From an uncultured Fibrobacteria bacterium (GTDB lineage: Bacteria > Fibrobacterota > Fibrobacteria > UBA11236): a stretch of DNA of 64,000 bases. Each line of letters begins with the position of its first letter. Position 1 is the first letter of the stretch. Both the position numbers and the translations under genes were made by a program. A model generated the notes under the pieces. The model did not search any database and was not told where the DNA came from. It was given only the letters and a program-made list of their open reading frames with translations. This document shows positions 30,757 through 41,092 of the stretch, one piece after another. Where the stretch lies: positions 3,552,001 through 3,616,000 of the forward strand of contig OY970309.1 in the NCBI GenBank assembly GCA_963716395.1. Direction: 5' to 3'.

Positions 30757-32637
30757 TTATCCCGGTCGAATAGCCATGAACGACTCGCGTTTTTGCAAAT
30801 GGAAGATCAATCCGGATATGTCGGCCGGTGTAACACCGTGAATGCGCTGGGCCTGGCCCACGGTCAGCGGACGTCGCTGCTGCAATTTCTGGCGCGCTTC
30901 GAGGGAAAGCGCCTGCGCCTGCCCAAAGTCGAAGGTTGCGGGAATGCGCCATTCCGACAGCTTGCGGCTGCGCTCGATTTCGCGGCGCTGGCGTTCCTGA
31001 AATCCGCGGTAGCGCTCGCCGGCTTCAAAGGCCACCCATTCGGGTTCGCCCCAATCCGGCGGGGCCAAATCGAGGTAGGTCAGCAATTCCGGCCATTTGA
31101 TTTCCGGCCGGCGTAGCAACGACCATACCGGCGTCGATTCGCGAATGCCCCCGCCGCGCGCTGCGAGAAAAGGATTGATCTCGGCGGGCGTCACCTTGCG
31201 CTCCCTCAATTCCGCTTGCTTGGCTTCCCTCCTGGTCCGGCGTTCCGTATAGCGGCGCAACACCGCGTCTGCGATCAAACCCAGCCCGTGGCCTTTTTCC
31301 AGCAGGCGATCTTCGGCATTGTCCTGGCGCAAATGCAGGCGGTATTCGGCGCGCGAAGTGAACATGCGATAGGGTTCGTCGAGTTCAAGGCTGACGAGAT
31401 CGTCGATCAGCACGCCGAGATAAGACTCGGCGCGGGAAAGCAAAAACGGTTCACTCCCCCGCACATGCAGGGCCGCATTGATGCCCGCCATCAGTCCCTG
31501 CGCCGCGGCTTCTTCGTACCCCGAGGTTCCGTTCACCTGCCCGGCAAAATACAGGCCGGGAAAATCGCGGCATTCCAAAGTGGGCTGAAGCTGGGTGGCG
31601 TCGACCGAATCGTATTCCACGGCGTAGCCGTAGCGCAGCACCGCGCAATGCTTCAAGCCGGGAATGGTGCGCAGCGCCTGATCCTGCACCTCTTGCGGCA
31701 GGCTGGAGGAAAAACCGTTGACATAGATGCGGCCGCTGGAAAGCCCTTCGGGTTCCAGAAACAATTGATGCGAATCGCGATCGGCGAAGCGGTTGACCTT
31801 GTCTTCCACCGAAGGGCAGTAGCGCGGCCCCACGCCTTGAATCCGGCCCGTAAACATGGGGCTGCGATCGAATCCGGTGCGCAGCACGGCATGCGTCTCG
31901 GCATTGGTACGCGTGATCCAGCATACGGCCCGGTTTTGCAGCGGGCGTTCGGTGCGGAAGGAAAATGGAAAGGGCGAATCGTCACCGGGTTGCACTTCAA
32001 CTTCGCCGTAATCCAAGGAGTCGGCGCGCAAGCGGGCCGGCGTGCCGGTTTTGAGCCGGCGCGTGTGCAAGCCCATCTCCGCCAAACCCCGCGCCAATTC
32101 CTGCGCGGCCGGTTCGCCGATACGGCCGCCCGGCGTGCTTTGCATGCCGGTGTGCATCACCGCCCCCAGAAACGTGCCCGAGGTGATGATCACGGTGCGG
32201 GCGAACCACTTTTGTCCTGCGCTCAGGCGCAGTTGGAAACCGCCTTCTCCCAACCGATCAAAACCCAGCAACTCGCCGGCAACCAGGGCGAGACCGGGTG
32301 TGCGGGACAATTCGGCCTGCATAAAGGCCGCGTATTCGTCCATGTCCATTTGCGCGCGCGGACCCCAAACCGCCGGGCCCTTGGAGCGGTTGAGCATGCG
32401 GAATTGAATGCCGGCATGGTCGGCCGCCACGCCCATGAGACCGCCCAAAGCGTCGAGGTCGCGCACCAATTGGCCCTTGGCCACGCCGCCGATGGCGGGA
32501 TTGCAGGACATGCGGCCGATGGCGGCCAAATCCAAGGTCACCATGGCCGTACGGCACCCCATGCGCGCGGCCGCCGAAGCTGCTTCGATGCCGGCATGAC
32601 CGCCGCCAATCACCACCACGTCGAAAGAGTTTTCCAT
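30757..32637 (-). CDS. mnmG: tRNA uridine 5-carboxymethylaminomethyl modification enzyme
   Basis: GGGHAGIEAA, MSCNPAIGG, RLKTGTP, GPRYCPSVEDK, AGQVNGTSGYEEAAAQG, YRMFTSRAEYR. Confidence 0.98.
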   Translation of the reverse strand: MENSFDVVVIGGGHAGIEAASAAARMGCRTAMVTLDLAAIGRMSCNPAIGGVAKGQLVRDLDALGGLMGVAADHAGIQFRMLNRSKGPAVWGPRAQMDMDEYAAFMQAELSRTPGLALVAGELLGFDRLGEGGFQLRLSAGQKWFARTVIITSGTFLGAVMHTGMQSTPGGRIGEPAAQELARGLAEMGLHTRRLKTGTPARLRADSLDYGEVEVQPGDDSPFPFSFRTERPLQNRAVCWITRTNAETHAVLRTGFDRSPMFTGRIQGVGPRYCPSVEDKVNRFADRDSHQLFLEPEGLSSGRIYVNGFSSSLPQEVQDQALRTIPGLKHCAVLRYGYAVEYDSVDATQLQPTLECRDFPGLYFAGQVNGTSGYEEAAAQGLMAGINAALHVRGSEPFLLSRAESYLGVLIDDLVSLELDEPYRMFTSRAEYRLHLRQDNAEDRLLEKGHGLGLIADAVLRRYTERRTRREAKQAELRERKVTPAEINPFLAARGGGIRESTPVWSLLRRPEIKWPELLTYLDLAPPDWGEPEWVAFEAGERYRGFQERQRREIERSRKLSEWRIPATFDFGQAQALSLEARQKLQQRRPLTVGQAQRIHGVTPADISGLIFHLQKRESFMAIRPG

Positions 32638-32680
32638 ATTTCCGAGCTAATACTAAGTAACTCGCAACCAAGGCGAACCT

Positions 32681-33226
32681 ATGAAATATTGGCTGATGAA
32701 AAGCGAACCCGACGAATTTTCCCTTGAGCATTTGCGGCAACGACCCAAGCAAACCGAGCCCTGGACCGGCGTGCGCAATTATCAGGCGCGCAACCATTTG
32801 CGCTCGATGCAACCCGGCGACCGGGTCTTGTTCCACCACAGCAGCGTGACGCCGGCCGGCATTGCGGGCTTGGCCGAAGTCGTTTCTCCCGCCTATCCCG
32901 ATCCCACGGCTTTGGACCCGAACTCGCATTATTATGACCCCCGCGCCGCGGCCAAAGGCAATACCTGGGTCGCCGTCAATGTGCGTTTCGTCGCGGCATT
33001 CCCCAGGCTATTGACCCTGGAGGAAATGCACACGCTGCCGGGACTCGAAGACATGCTGGTGTTACGCCGGGGCATGCGGCTGTCAGTGCAGCCGGTCACA
33101 GAAAAGGAATACCGCCTGATCACGGATTGGATGCAGAAGCCCGGCCAATCCCAGGTCGCCGCAAAACCCCACGCCACACTTCATGCGAAGGTTAAACCCA
33201 AACCCCAAAAACAGAAAAAGGCCTGA
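32681..33226 (+). CDS. EVE domain-containing protein
   Basis: MKYWLMKSEP, WTGVRNYQARN, AYPDPT, RLSVQPV. Confidence 0.95.
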   Translation: MKYWLMKSEPDEFSLEHLRQRPKQTEPWTGVRNYQARNHLRSMQPGDRVLFHHSSVTPAGIAGLAEVVSPAYPDPTALDPNSHYYDPRAAAKGNTWVAVNVRFVAAFPRLLTLEEMHTLPGLEDMLVLRRGMRLSVQPVTEKEYRLITDWMQKPGQSQVAAKPHATLHAKVKPKPQKQKKA

Positions 33227-33280
33227 TTTCTCTGCCGGCGAAAATCCTTGCCGCCTTGCACTTGCTTTTATTTTTGTGTT

Positions 33281-33556
33281 ATGGAACCCCGCCTACAAGA
33301 AAGCGTAAAACCTCCGCTGGTTCCGGAGGTGGAAGGCCTGTTTCCGGCCGGTCAACGGGAACATTTTGAACGCTATTTGCGCGAAGAACGAATTCTACAG
33401 CAGTTGCGCCAGATATTACGCCGTAACAATTCGCCCCCGGTGGCAGAGCCCGAAGCTCCCGATCGTTACGAGCCGCAACGGCTCACGCGAAAAATCTGCT
33501 GGCAGTACGATGTGAACGCGCGGCGCATTCCCCTCTTGCGTCGACCCTATATCTGA
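33281..33556 (+). CDS. Hypothetical protein
   Basis: 91-aa ORF filling the intergenic gap; no recognised motif. Confidence 0.5.
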   Translation: MEPRLQESVKPPLVPEVEGLFPAGQREHFERYLREERILQQLRQILRRNNSPPVAEPEAPDRYEPQRLTRKICWQYDVNARRIPLLRRPYI

Positions 33557-33592
33557 TACCCGACGCTGGCGAAGGCGCAGCGGCGGAGGATT

Positions 33593-34042
33593 TTATTGCA
33601 CGATGGTCAAATTCGACGTCCACACGTCGTTATCACCTGAGTCGGTGGATAAAATCAAAACATAGCTGGTGTCTGCGCCGGCTTGCACGATGGTCCAATC
33701 GGTGGATCCGACATCGGCCAGCATGGGCCAGACGGTACCGGTTTCATCTTGGATGGCGAGCTTCCATTGCCCTGCCGGAATTTTGAAACTGACGGTGGCA
33801 TTTTCGGGTACGCTCCCCACCGTGGTCGAGGGGGCGGTGATGTCGACCACATTCGAGGCATAAAGCAGCAGCGTGAAAGCCCCCGGGTCACGGGTGACAT
33901 TATTGGTCACGCTGAGGGTGGCGGAATCACCGCCGTTAGTGGTTCCTCCGGTCGGGCTGGTGACCCCGCCGAAATCAACGGGCTGGCACGCCGCCATCAA
34001 GCCGCCGAGCAAGGCCATTGCGGCCCACCGTTTCGCCTTCAT
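33593..34042 (-). CDS. Putative lipoprotein
   Basis: MKAKRWAAMALLGGLMAA-C lipobox followed by a G/T-rich linker. Confidence 0.75.
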   Translation of the reverse strand: MKAKRWAAMALLGGLMAACQPVDFGGVTSPTGGTTNGGDSATLSVTNNVTRDPGAFTLLLYASNVVDITAPSTTVGSVPENATVSFKIPAGQWKLAIQDETGTVWPMLADVGSTDWTIVQAGADTSYVLILSTDSGDNDVWTSNLTIVQ

Positions 34043-34077
34043 AATCGACCCCCGTTGCATATTGTACAATGGCCCGA

Positions 34078-35205
34078 CTAGGGAAGGTAGACACGCCGCA
34101 CCCTCGACCCCAGCGAGCAGATAATATCGTAGGGATGCGTGTGTTTCAGGCGCGCCCAGTCTTCGATGGTGATTTCGTTCCGGCCCGCATGCCCCACCAG
34201 CACCACCTCGTCGCCCACCTTGGCGGTGGGACAGGGTTCGAGGTCGACGGTGAGGTAGTCCATGGAAACTCTGCCGATGATGGGACAGGGCCGGCCCCGA
34301 ATCAGCACATGCCCGGCATTGCTGGCCGACAAGGGCACGCCGTCGGCATAGCCTGCGGGAAGGGTTCCCACCCAGGTGTCGCGCGGCAAAACATAGGTGC
34401 AACCATAACCGATGGTGAACCCCGCCGGCAGACGGCGCCGGGCCAGCAAGATGCTTTTCAGGCTCAGCGAGGGTGAAAGCCGATAGGTGCGCAAGCCGAG
34501 CAGATCGAACACACCATAAAGGTTGATGCCCGTGCGCACAAGGTTGAAATAGGCGGAAGGAAAATTATTGATGCCGTCGGAATTGGCCATGTGCCTCAGG
34601 GGAAAACGAATTCCCCGGTTTTCCAGGCGGAGCACGATGTTCTGGAACAGGCGTATCTGTTGACGTGATTTGCGATGGCGGGGATGATTGGCGTCGGCGA
34701 AATGGGAAAAAATGCCTTCCAACGAGAGTCCCGGCAGTTTCAGAATGCGTTCGACCGCGGCTTCGGCGGAGAAATGCGGAAGCCCCAACCGACCCATGCC
34801 GGTGTCGATTTTAATATGCACGGTGACGGTTTTTCGCTGGCGTAAGGCCTCGCGGGAGAGCAGTTGGGCCGTGCGCAAGTCGGGTACGGGACAGATAATG
34901 CCATGGCGAATGCAGTCGGGAATCTCGCGGTCGAGCAATCCGCTCAGGATCTGGACGGGTTGGGGCAAACTTCGCCGCAGGGCCAGAGCTTCGCCGAGTT
35001 CGGCGACTCCGAAGCGATCCACGCCGGCTTCCGCCAAAACCCGGGCCACCGGCAACGCCCCTAAACCGTAGGCATCGGCCTTGAGCACGGCCATTACCGC
35101 GGCCGGACGCACGGTACGGCGGATGCGGAGAAAATTCCGCCGGATGGCGCGTTCGCTGACTTCGAGCCACACGCGCGCGGAAGGTGCAGAATGTCGGAAA
35201 GGCAT
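34078..35205 (-). CDS. alr: Alanine racemase
   Basis: MAVLKADAYGLG, HIKIDTGMGRLG, HMANS, GYADG, GRVSMD. Confidence 0.96.
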   Translation of the reverse strand: MPFRHSAPSARVWLEVSERAIRRNFLRIRRTVRPAAVMAVLKADAYGLGALPVARVLAEAGVDRFGVAELGEALALRRSLPQPVQILSGLLDREIPDCIRHGIICPVPDLRTAQLLSREALRQRKTVTVHIKIDTGMGRLGLPHFSAEAAVERILKLPGLSLEGIFSHFADANHPRHRKSRQQIRLFQNIVLRLENRGIRFPLRHMANSDGINNFPSAYFNLVRTGINLYGVFDLLGLRTYRLSPSLSLKSILLARRRLPAGFTIGYGCTYVLPRDTWVGTLPAGYADGVPLSASNAGHVLIRGRPCPIIGRVSMDYLTVDLEPCPTAKVGDEVVLVGHAGRNEITIEDWARLKHTHPYDIICSLGSRVRRVYLP

Positions 35206-35292
35206 GCCGAATACCCTCGAATATTTACCTTTTACGCGATGGAAACCGATTTGCGACTCAGAAAATGGGCGGTAGCCTCTAAAGGAGAAAGC

Positions 35293-36474
35293 ATGTCCCA
35301 TGTTGCCAAAATTTTGACGTGGGGATTGGTGTTGGCCATGGGTGCGGGAATCAGCGCGGCCGACGAAACACATCACGGCGAAAACATGGCCCAGTTGGGG
35401 TATGCCAACCGTGATCTCTCCGGCGACCGTTTTATCGACTGCACCTTGGACGGCGCCCATTTCAACCAGACCATCGGAGACAAGCCCTCCTTCGAAGGTT
35501 CGACGGGCGACAAGGTGAATTTCAATTCGACCCAACTCGTCAAGGCCAATTTCCACGGAGCCAAATTCACCCATTCCGATTTTAACGCCTCGGATTTGCG
35601 CAATGCCGACTTTTCCAAAGCCGTACTCGATCATTCCGATTTTAAGAATGCGGTGTTGCTCGGCTCCGATTTTTCCGAATCCTCTTTGGCCGGCGTCAAT
35701 TTCAAAGAGACCAAGTTCGACGGCGACATCGACTTCTCCAAAGCCAATCTCGCAGGCGCGCAATTCCGCGACAACAGTCTGGAAGGATCCGACTTTTCCA
35801 AAACCGACATGAAGGGCGCCCAATTCATCAACGTCAAATTGGATCGCGCCGACTTCCGGGGGGCGACCTGGGCCAATACCATCCTGACCGAATGCACGCT
35901 TTCCGACGCGCATTTCAACGACATTCATGCCGCGGCCGTCAATCTGACCAGCTCCAACCTGGTCGAGGCCGACCTGCGCGGCTTTCACTGCGACGGCTGT
36001 ACTTTGGATCAAACCGACTTCAGCTATACCCGGCTTGGCGGAACGAATTTCAACCGCTGCAGTTTCGCGCAGGCGGTGTTCATGAATGCCGACATGTCCG
36101 GCGTGCTATTTACCCAATGCAATTTGACCGGCGCCAGCTTCGAACAAAAATCCCTCGACGATGCCGACTTCACCAAAGCGCGGCTCGCGAAAGCCAAGTT
36201 CAACTGCAAAAAAATCAGCGGGGTGAAGTTCAATGATGCCGACCTGAGCGGAGCCGACTTCACCGGGGCCGAGCTCTTCGATTGCGATTTTTCCGGAGCG
36301 GATCTCTCCAATGTGCGCTTCACCGGCGCCTTCATCACCGGCTGCGATTTCAGCGGCGCCAATCTGGCCACGGTGTTCTGGACCCCGCAAAACCTGAAGA
36401 AGAACGTGTACGATGCGCAAACGCGCTTTCCCGTCTCGTACAATCTGAATCCGCTGCAAATGCATCGCCACTAA
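35293..36474 (+). CDS. Secreted pentapeptide-repeat protein
   Basis: AAGGAG SD; signal peptide; continuous A(D/N)(L/F)xx repeats. Confidence 0.92.
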   Translation: MSHVAKILTWGLVLAMGAGISAADETHHGENMAQLGYANRDLSGDRFIDCTLDGAHFNQTIGDKPSFEGSTGDKVNFNSTQLVKANFHGAKFTHSDFNASDLRNADFSKAVLDHSDFKNAVLLGSDFSESSLAGVNFKETKFDGDIDFSKANLAGAQFRDNSLEGSDFSKTDMKGAQFINVKLDRADFRGATWANTILTECTLSDAHFNDIHAAAVNLTSSNLVEADLRGFHCDGCTLDQTDFSYTRLGGTNFNRCSFAQAVFMNADMSGVLFTQCNLTGASFEQKSLDDADFTKARLAKAKFNCKKISGVKFNDADLSGADFTGAELFDCDFSGADLSNVRFTGAFITGCDFSGANLATVFWTPQNLKKNVYDAQTRFPVSYNLNPLQMHRH

Positions 36475-36531
36475 TCGCGGCGCGTACTTCGGCGTAAACC
36501 TCACCACCATCCGAATTGTTATCGTTGCTTT

Positions 36532-37830
36532 ATGCGACGCCAAATCCTGCATGCCGGCGCCGCGGAACTCGTCTATGAGATCCGCGAGATCGTCAAGAAA
36601 GCCCAGTTGTTTCAGAATCTGGGCGTGGAAATTTTTTGGGAAAATATCGGCGACCCGGTGCAAAAAGGCGCGCCCATTCCCGATTGGATGAAGGAAATCG
36701 TTGCCGGTTTGGCGCGCGTATCCTCCAGCTACGGTTATTGCCCCACCAAGGGCGTCTTGGCCACGCGCGAGTTTCTGGCGCGGCGCACCAACGCCCTGGG
36801 CGGCGCGCAGATTACCGCCGAAGACATTCTTTTCTGCAACGGCGTGGGCGATGCCATCAACAAGGTGTACCAATACCTCGATGCCGGGGCACGCGTCATC
36901 GGACCCTCGCCGGCGTATTCGACCCATTCGTCGGCCGAGGGCGGGCATGCCGGCCGGCCGCCCCTCACCTATCGCCTGCATCCGGAAAACCATTGGTATC
37001 CCGACATGGCCGAGTTGCGCCGCCAGGTGCAGGGCAACCCGGATATCGTGGGCATTCTCATCATCAATCCCGACAACCCCACGGGCATGGTGTACCCCGA
37101 ATCGACGCTGAAAGAAATCGTGGCCCTGGCCCGGGAATTCGGGCTGTTCATACTCGCCGACGAGATTTACACCAAGATCACCTATAACGGCGCGAAGGCC
37201 GTGCAATTGGCCGAAGTCATCGGCGAAGTCTGCGGCATCGCCATGAAAGGCGTATCCAAGGAGTTACCCTGGCCCGGCGCGCGCTGCGGCTGGCTCGAAT
37301 TCTATAACACTGCACGCGATTCCGAATTCGCGAAATTGGTGAAGGCCATTGAAGACGGCAAGATGCTCGAAGTGTGCTCGACCACCTTGCCGCAACTGGC
37401 CATTCCTCCGATTCTCGGCGACCCGCGCTTTCCCGCGCACCGCGAAGCCCTGAACCAGGCCATTGCGCGCCGGGGCGACGTGGTGTATGAAACCTTGAGC
37501 GATCTGCCCGGATTGCTCGTGAACAAAACCTTCGGTGCGTTTTACAACACCATTCTGTTCCGGCCCGGAGTCTTGCAGCCGCATCAGAAGCTGAAGGTCC
37601 CGAATGCCGAAGCCGCCCAGCTGGTGGAAACCATGGTGCACAACGTGCCGCTCGATAAGCGCTTCGTGTATTACGTCTTGGCCGCCACCGGTATTTGCGT
37701 GGTGCCGATTTCGTCTTTCTGCTCCGACTTGTTGGGATTCCGGGTCACCCTGCTCGAAGAAAATCCCGAACGCATGCGGTGGATTTACCAGCGGTTGCGC
37801 CTGGCGATATTGGAATATTTGGAGTCGTAG
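36532..37830 (+). CDS. PLP-dependent class I/II aminotransferase (AlaA-like)
   Basis: ENIGDP, INPDNPTG, ADEIY, GVSKELPWPGARCGW. Confidence 0.9.
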   Translation: MRRQILHAGAAELVYEIREIVKKAQLFQNLGVEIFWENIGDPVQKGAPIPDWMKEIVAGLARVSSSYGYCPTKGVLATREFLARRTNALGGAQITAEDILFCNGVGDAINKVYQYLDAGARVIGPSPAYSTHSSAEGGHAGRPPLTYRLHPENHWYPDMAELRRQVQGNPDIVGILIINPDNPTGMVYPESTLKEIVALAREFGLFILADEIYTKITYNGAKAVQLAEVIGEVCGIAMKGVSKELPWPGARCGWLEFYNTARDSEFAKLVKAIEDGKMLEVCSTTLPQLAIPPILGDPRFPAHREALNQAIARRGDVVYETLSDLPGLLVNKTFGAFYNTILFRPGVLQPHQKLKVPNAEAAQLVETMVHNVPLDKRFVYYVLAATGICVVPISSFCSDLLGFRVTLLEENPERMRWIYQRLRLAILEYLES

Positions 37831-37849
37831 GCGGGAATTATAAGAGTGT

Positions 37850-38155
37850 ATGAAGCACACTTTGGCGAAAGTGGTGGGATTAAAACACGTCGCGGATTAT
37901 ACGTTGGAAATCGCGTTTGACGATGGCACCTCTCAGCGCATCGATTTCTTTCCATTTCTGAAAGGCCCACTTTTTGAACCCTTGTGTGACAAGATTTTTT
38001 TTGCCCAGGTAAAAGTTGATCCCGAGGCATACACCTTGGTGTGGCCGAATGACGCGGATTTCGATTCCGGCATGCTGCATGACTGGAACGAAATGAAAGT
38101 GGAATTTCACGCACAAATCACGGGAAATATCCCGCCAATCCTATCTGCCAATTGA
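37850..38155 (+). CDS. DUF2442-like protein
   Basis: DYTLEIAFDDG..GPLFEPL.D..F..V..TLVWPNDADFD. Confidence 0.8.
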   Translation: MKHTLAKVVGLKHVADYTLEIAFDDGTSQRIDFFPFLKGPLFEPLCDKIFFAQVKVDPEAYTLVWPNDADFDSGMLHDWNEMKVEFHAQITGNIPPILSAN

Positions 38156-38234
38156 GCTGTACTCCTCACGAAGTACCCGTCGTGGCCCGATGACGAAATT
38201 TTTTTGCCCAGGTAAGACAGAATGGCGGGCCCGT

Positions 38235-39209
38235 TCAGAACACGGGGCCATTGTCGGGAGCCGCGTCGGCCGAAGTGTCTTCCGAGGTGGAAGAATCGAA
38301 TTCAGGCACGGGAGAATTGGACCGTAATCCCTTCCAGCGCCGCGCCACCAACTCCTCATCGAGGCTATCGTACACCCCGCGCATCCAACCCGGCGCCGTG
38401 GTGTCGGCCAAGGATTTCAAGCCTTTGAACAAAGCGTAGTTGCGCAAAACCTGGCGCTTGTGGGAAAGAAAGCCCGCGCTGGGCCGACGCGGATTCCAAT
38501 GCGTGGGCGCCGGCAACAGGCATACTAGGTCGAGCATCTCCTCTTGGTTCAACTGCGGCAGGGGTTTGTGAAAATCCCGGAGCGCGGCCTCGCGCACCCC
38601 GAAAACGCCGGGGCCGAATTGGGCCGTGTTCAGGTAGATCTCGAGAATGCGGTTCTTGTCCAAGGTGTTCTCCAGCAGCAAGGTGATGGCCGCCTCCTGC
38701 AATTTGCGCTGGATGTCTTTTTTGCTGTTGAGATACAGGTTTTTGGCCAGTTGCTGGGTGATGGTGCTGGCCCCGCGCGCCGGTCTGCCGGCCTGGTGAT
38801 TGGCCACCATGGCGTATTCCATCTGCTCCCAGTCAAATCCTTCATGACTGTAGAACTTGGCATCTTCGGCCACAATCGCCAATTGCGCCAGGGTTTTGGG
38901 AATGGAATCCAGCGGAATCCAGCTCCAATAAATGGTCGTATCCGGGGGCTTTGTTCCCCGGCGCAAGGCCGACTGTAGGCTGTCGTGCAAGGCCGCCCGC
39001 TGTGCTGCGATGAAGGCCGTGGTAGCCGGCGGATGATCGCGCAGGGAACGGATTTCCCGCACGTGGAAAAACGCCATGGTGCGGAAGAACAACACCAGAA
39101 CGGCCACCAGCACAGCCCCCAGGGCCAATTGGTATAAGGCCCAAATCGTCAACCAGACGAATTTCACAATCCGGAACATCAGTTTGAGATAGAAGCGCAA
39201 GGCGAGCAT
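38235..39209 (-). CDS. mtgA: Monofunctional peptidoglycan transglycosylase
   Basis: AEDAKFYSHEGFD, GASTITQQLAKNL, RKLQE, KNRILEIYLN. Confidence 0.9.
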   Translation of the reverse strand: MLALRFYLKLMFRIVKFVWLTIWALYQLALGAVLVAVLVLFFRTMAFFHVREIRSLRDHPPATTAFIAAQRAALHDSLQSALRRGTKPPDTTIYWSWIPLDSIPKTLAQLAIVAEDAKFYSHEGFDWEQMEYAMVANHQAGRPARGASTITQQLAKNLYLNSKKDIQRKLQEAAITLLLENTLDKNRILEIYLNTAQFGPGVFGVREAALRDFHKPLPQLNQEEMLDLVCLLPAPTHWNPRRPSAGFLSHKRQVLRNYALFKGLKSLADTTAPGWMRGVYDSLDEELVARRWKGLRSNSPVPEFDSSTSEDTSADAAPDNGPVF

Positions 39210-39326
39210 GGTGTGAAACCCGGGCAGGAAAATGTACTTAGGCGGCCGGGACGTTAGGTTGCCGGGACGAACCGGCAAGCTTTCTGTTATCTTCGCCGCT
39301 ATGCTTTCTTGGGTTACGGCGCGGAC

Positions 39327-40103
39327 ATGACCCGGTTCAGACCTTGCATCGATTTGCATGCCGGCCAGGTGAAACAAATCGTGGGCGGCAGTTGGCGCGA
39401 TAACGCCGGCCCCCAGACGAATTTCGTGTCCGATCGCGATGCGGCGTATTACGCGGGTTTGTACCGCGACCAGGGTTTATCCGGCGGCCATGTCATCGCC
39501 TTGGGGCCGGGCAATGAAGCAGCGGCCAAATCCGCGTTGCGGGCCTTTCCCGGGGGCCTGCAAATGGGCGGTGGCATCGGGCCGGAGAACGCGCGGGATT
39601 ATCTCGAAGCGGGCGCCAGCCATGTCATCGTTACCTCGTGGTTGTTCGCCCACGGCCGGCTCGACCGCGATCGCCTGCGGGAGTTGTCGCAACGCGTGGG
39701 TCCGGAGAGACTGGTCGTGGATTTGAGTTGCCGCCGCCAGGGAGACGGCTGGTACGTGGCCATCAATCGTTGGCAAACCGTGACCGAAGTGAAAATCGCT
39801 TCCGAACTTTTCCAAGCCCTGGCCGGAACCTGCGCCGAATACTTGATCCACGCGGCCGACGTCGAAGGCCTGCGGCAGGGCGTGGACTGGGACTTGGTCC
39901 GGCATCTGTCGGGGCTGGTGGAATTGCCCACCACCTATGCCGGCGGAGCCTCGTCGCTGCAGGATTTGCCGCGCATGCAAGCCGAAAGCGGCGGCCGCAT
40001 CGACCTGACCATCGGCAGCGCACTCGATATTTTCGGCGGGGCCGAAGTGCGCTTGGCCGATTGTGTGGCGTGGAACCGCAGGCCGGGCGCCGGGGCGGCC
40101 TGA
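39327..40103 (+). CDS. hisA: ProFAR isomerase, His6/eukaryotic type
   Basis: FRPCIDLHAGQVKQIVG, GASHVIVTS, LVVDLSCRR, HAADVEG, DLTIGSALDIFGG. Confidence 0.92.
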   Translation: MTRFRPCIDLHAGQVKQIVGGSWRDNAGPQTNFVSDRDAAYYAGLYRDQGLSGGHVIALGPGNEAAAKSALRAFPGGLQMGGGIGPENARDYLEAGASHVIVTSWLFAHGRLDRDRLRELSQRVGPERLVVDLSCRRQGDGWYVAINRWQTVTEVKIASELFQALAGTCAEYLIHAADVEGLRQGVDWDLVRHLSGLVELPTTYAGGASSLQDLPRMQAESGGRIDLTIGSALDIFGGAEVRLADCVAWNRRPGAGAA

Positions 40104-40114
40104 AGGCAAGCGCG

Positions 40115-41008
40115 TTGCAGGGCGAAGAAGAGATTCCACCGCGGCATCCCGAGCGGGTGGAATTGCGCCGCGCGGACGGCAAAGATCCGATTCTCGAAGC
40201 CTCGCTGGTCTTGGCCTCGCAAGGCCTCAAACATTGGATTGAATTCGACGGCCGCGATTTCATTCTCAGCGTCGAAGCCGGCGACGCTGAGACGGGCCGA
40301 AAAATCCTGGCGCAATACGAAAGCGAAAACCTGGGATTCAATCCGCCGGAAGAAACCGGCGTGCCGCCGCTGGACCTGTATCTTTCGCCCTTGATCCATC
40401 TCGCCATTCCGGTGGGCGTGTATTTCTGGGCCGACCCCTGGCAACCCGGGATCACCCGGCGCGGGGGGGCCGACGCCGCTAAAATCCTGGCGGGAGAATG
40501 GTGGCGCACCTTGACCGCCACCTCGCTGCATGCCGGCGACGAGCATTTGCTGGGTAATATGCTCTCGGGATTTTTCATCCTCAACCTGCTGCGCCGGCGC
40601 TGTGGACCGGGTGTTTCCATGCTGGTGCTGACCTTGGCCGCCATGCTGACCAATGCCCTGGTGGCCGCGCTTTCCGCTCCCGAGCATTTATCCATCGGCT
40701 TTTCCACCGTGGTGTTCGCGGCCTTGGGAATGCTGGCCGGGCTGGAAACGCTGCACATGCCCCGGCATCCCCTGCGCGGTTTGCGCAGCGTGGCGCCGCT
40801 GCTGGCCGCGCTCTGTTTGGCCGTGCTGGTGGGCATCGGCAAAGACATCGATGTCAAGGCGCATTTCTTCGGTTTCGCCCTGGGCGCCGCAGCCTCACCT
40901 CTGGTTCCCAAGCTGGAACGCGCCTGCAAGCCCTGGCCCTGGCAGGCCGCAGGAGTGGCCTTGGTTTACGCTTTGTATGCCTGGTGTTGGCACCTGGCGC
41001 TGCGGTGA
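40115..41008 (+). CDS. Rhomboid intramembrane serine protease (start uncertain)
   Basis: GEWWR..LH..HLLGN, GFS catalytic Ser, AHFFGF catalytic His. Confidence 0.85.
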   Translation: MQGEEEIPPRHPERVELRRADGKDPILEASLVLASQGLKHWIEFDGRDFILSVEAGDAETGRKILAQYESENLGFNPPEETGVPPLDLYLSPLIHLAIPVGVYFWADPWQPGITRRGGADAAKILAGEWWRTLTATSLHAGDEHLLGNMLSGFFILNLLRRRCGPGVSMLVLTLAAMLTNALVAALSAPEHLSIGFSTVVFAALGMLAGLETLHMPRHPLRGLRSVAPLLAALCLAVLVGIGKDIDVKAHFFGFALGAAASPLVPKLERACKPWPWQAAGVALVYALYAWCWHLALR

Positions 41009-41092
41009 GAATTTTTAAACCCTACCTGCTTCCTCACAGGGGCGAAATACCTCACTGTATTCGCCAGCTTGAAGGCGATGGCATCCGCCCTG

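Noticed and set aside
35206-36012. N-terminal extension of alr in the ORF track
   Set aside because: Antisense of the pentapeptide-repeat gene; alr starts at ~35205
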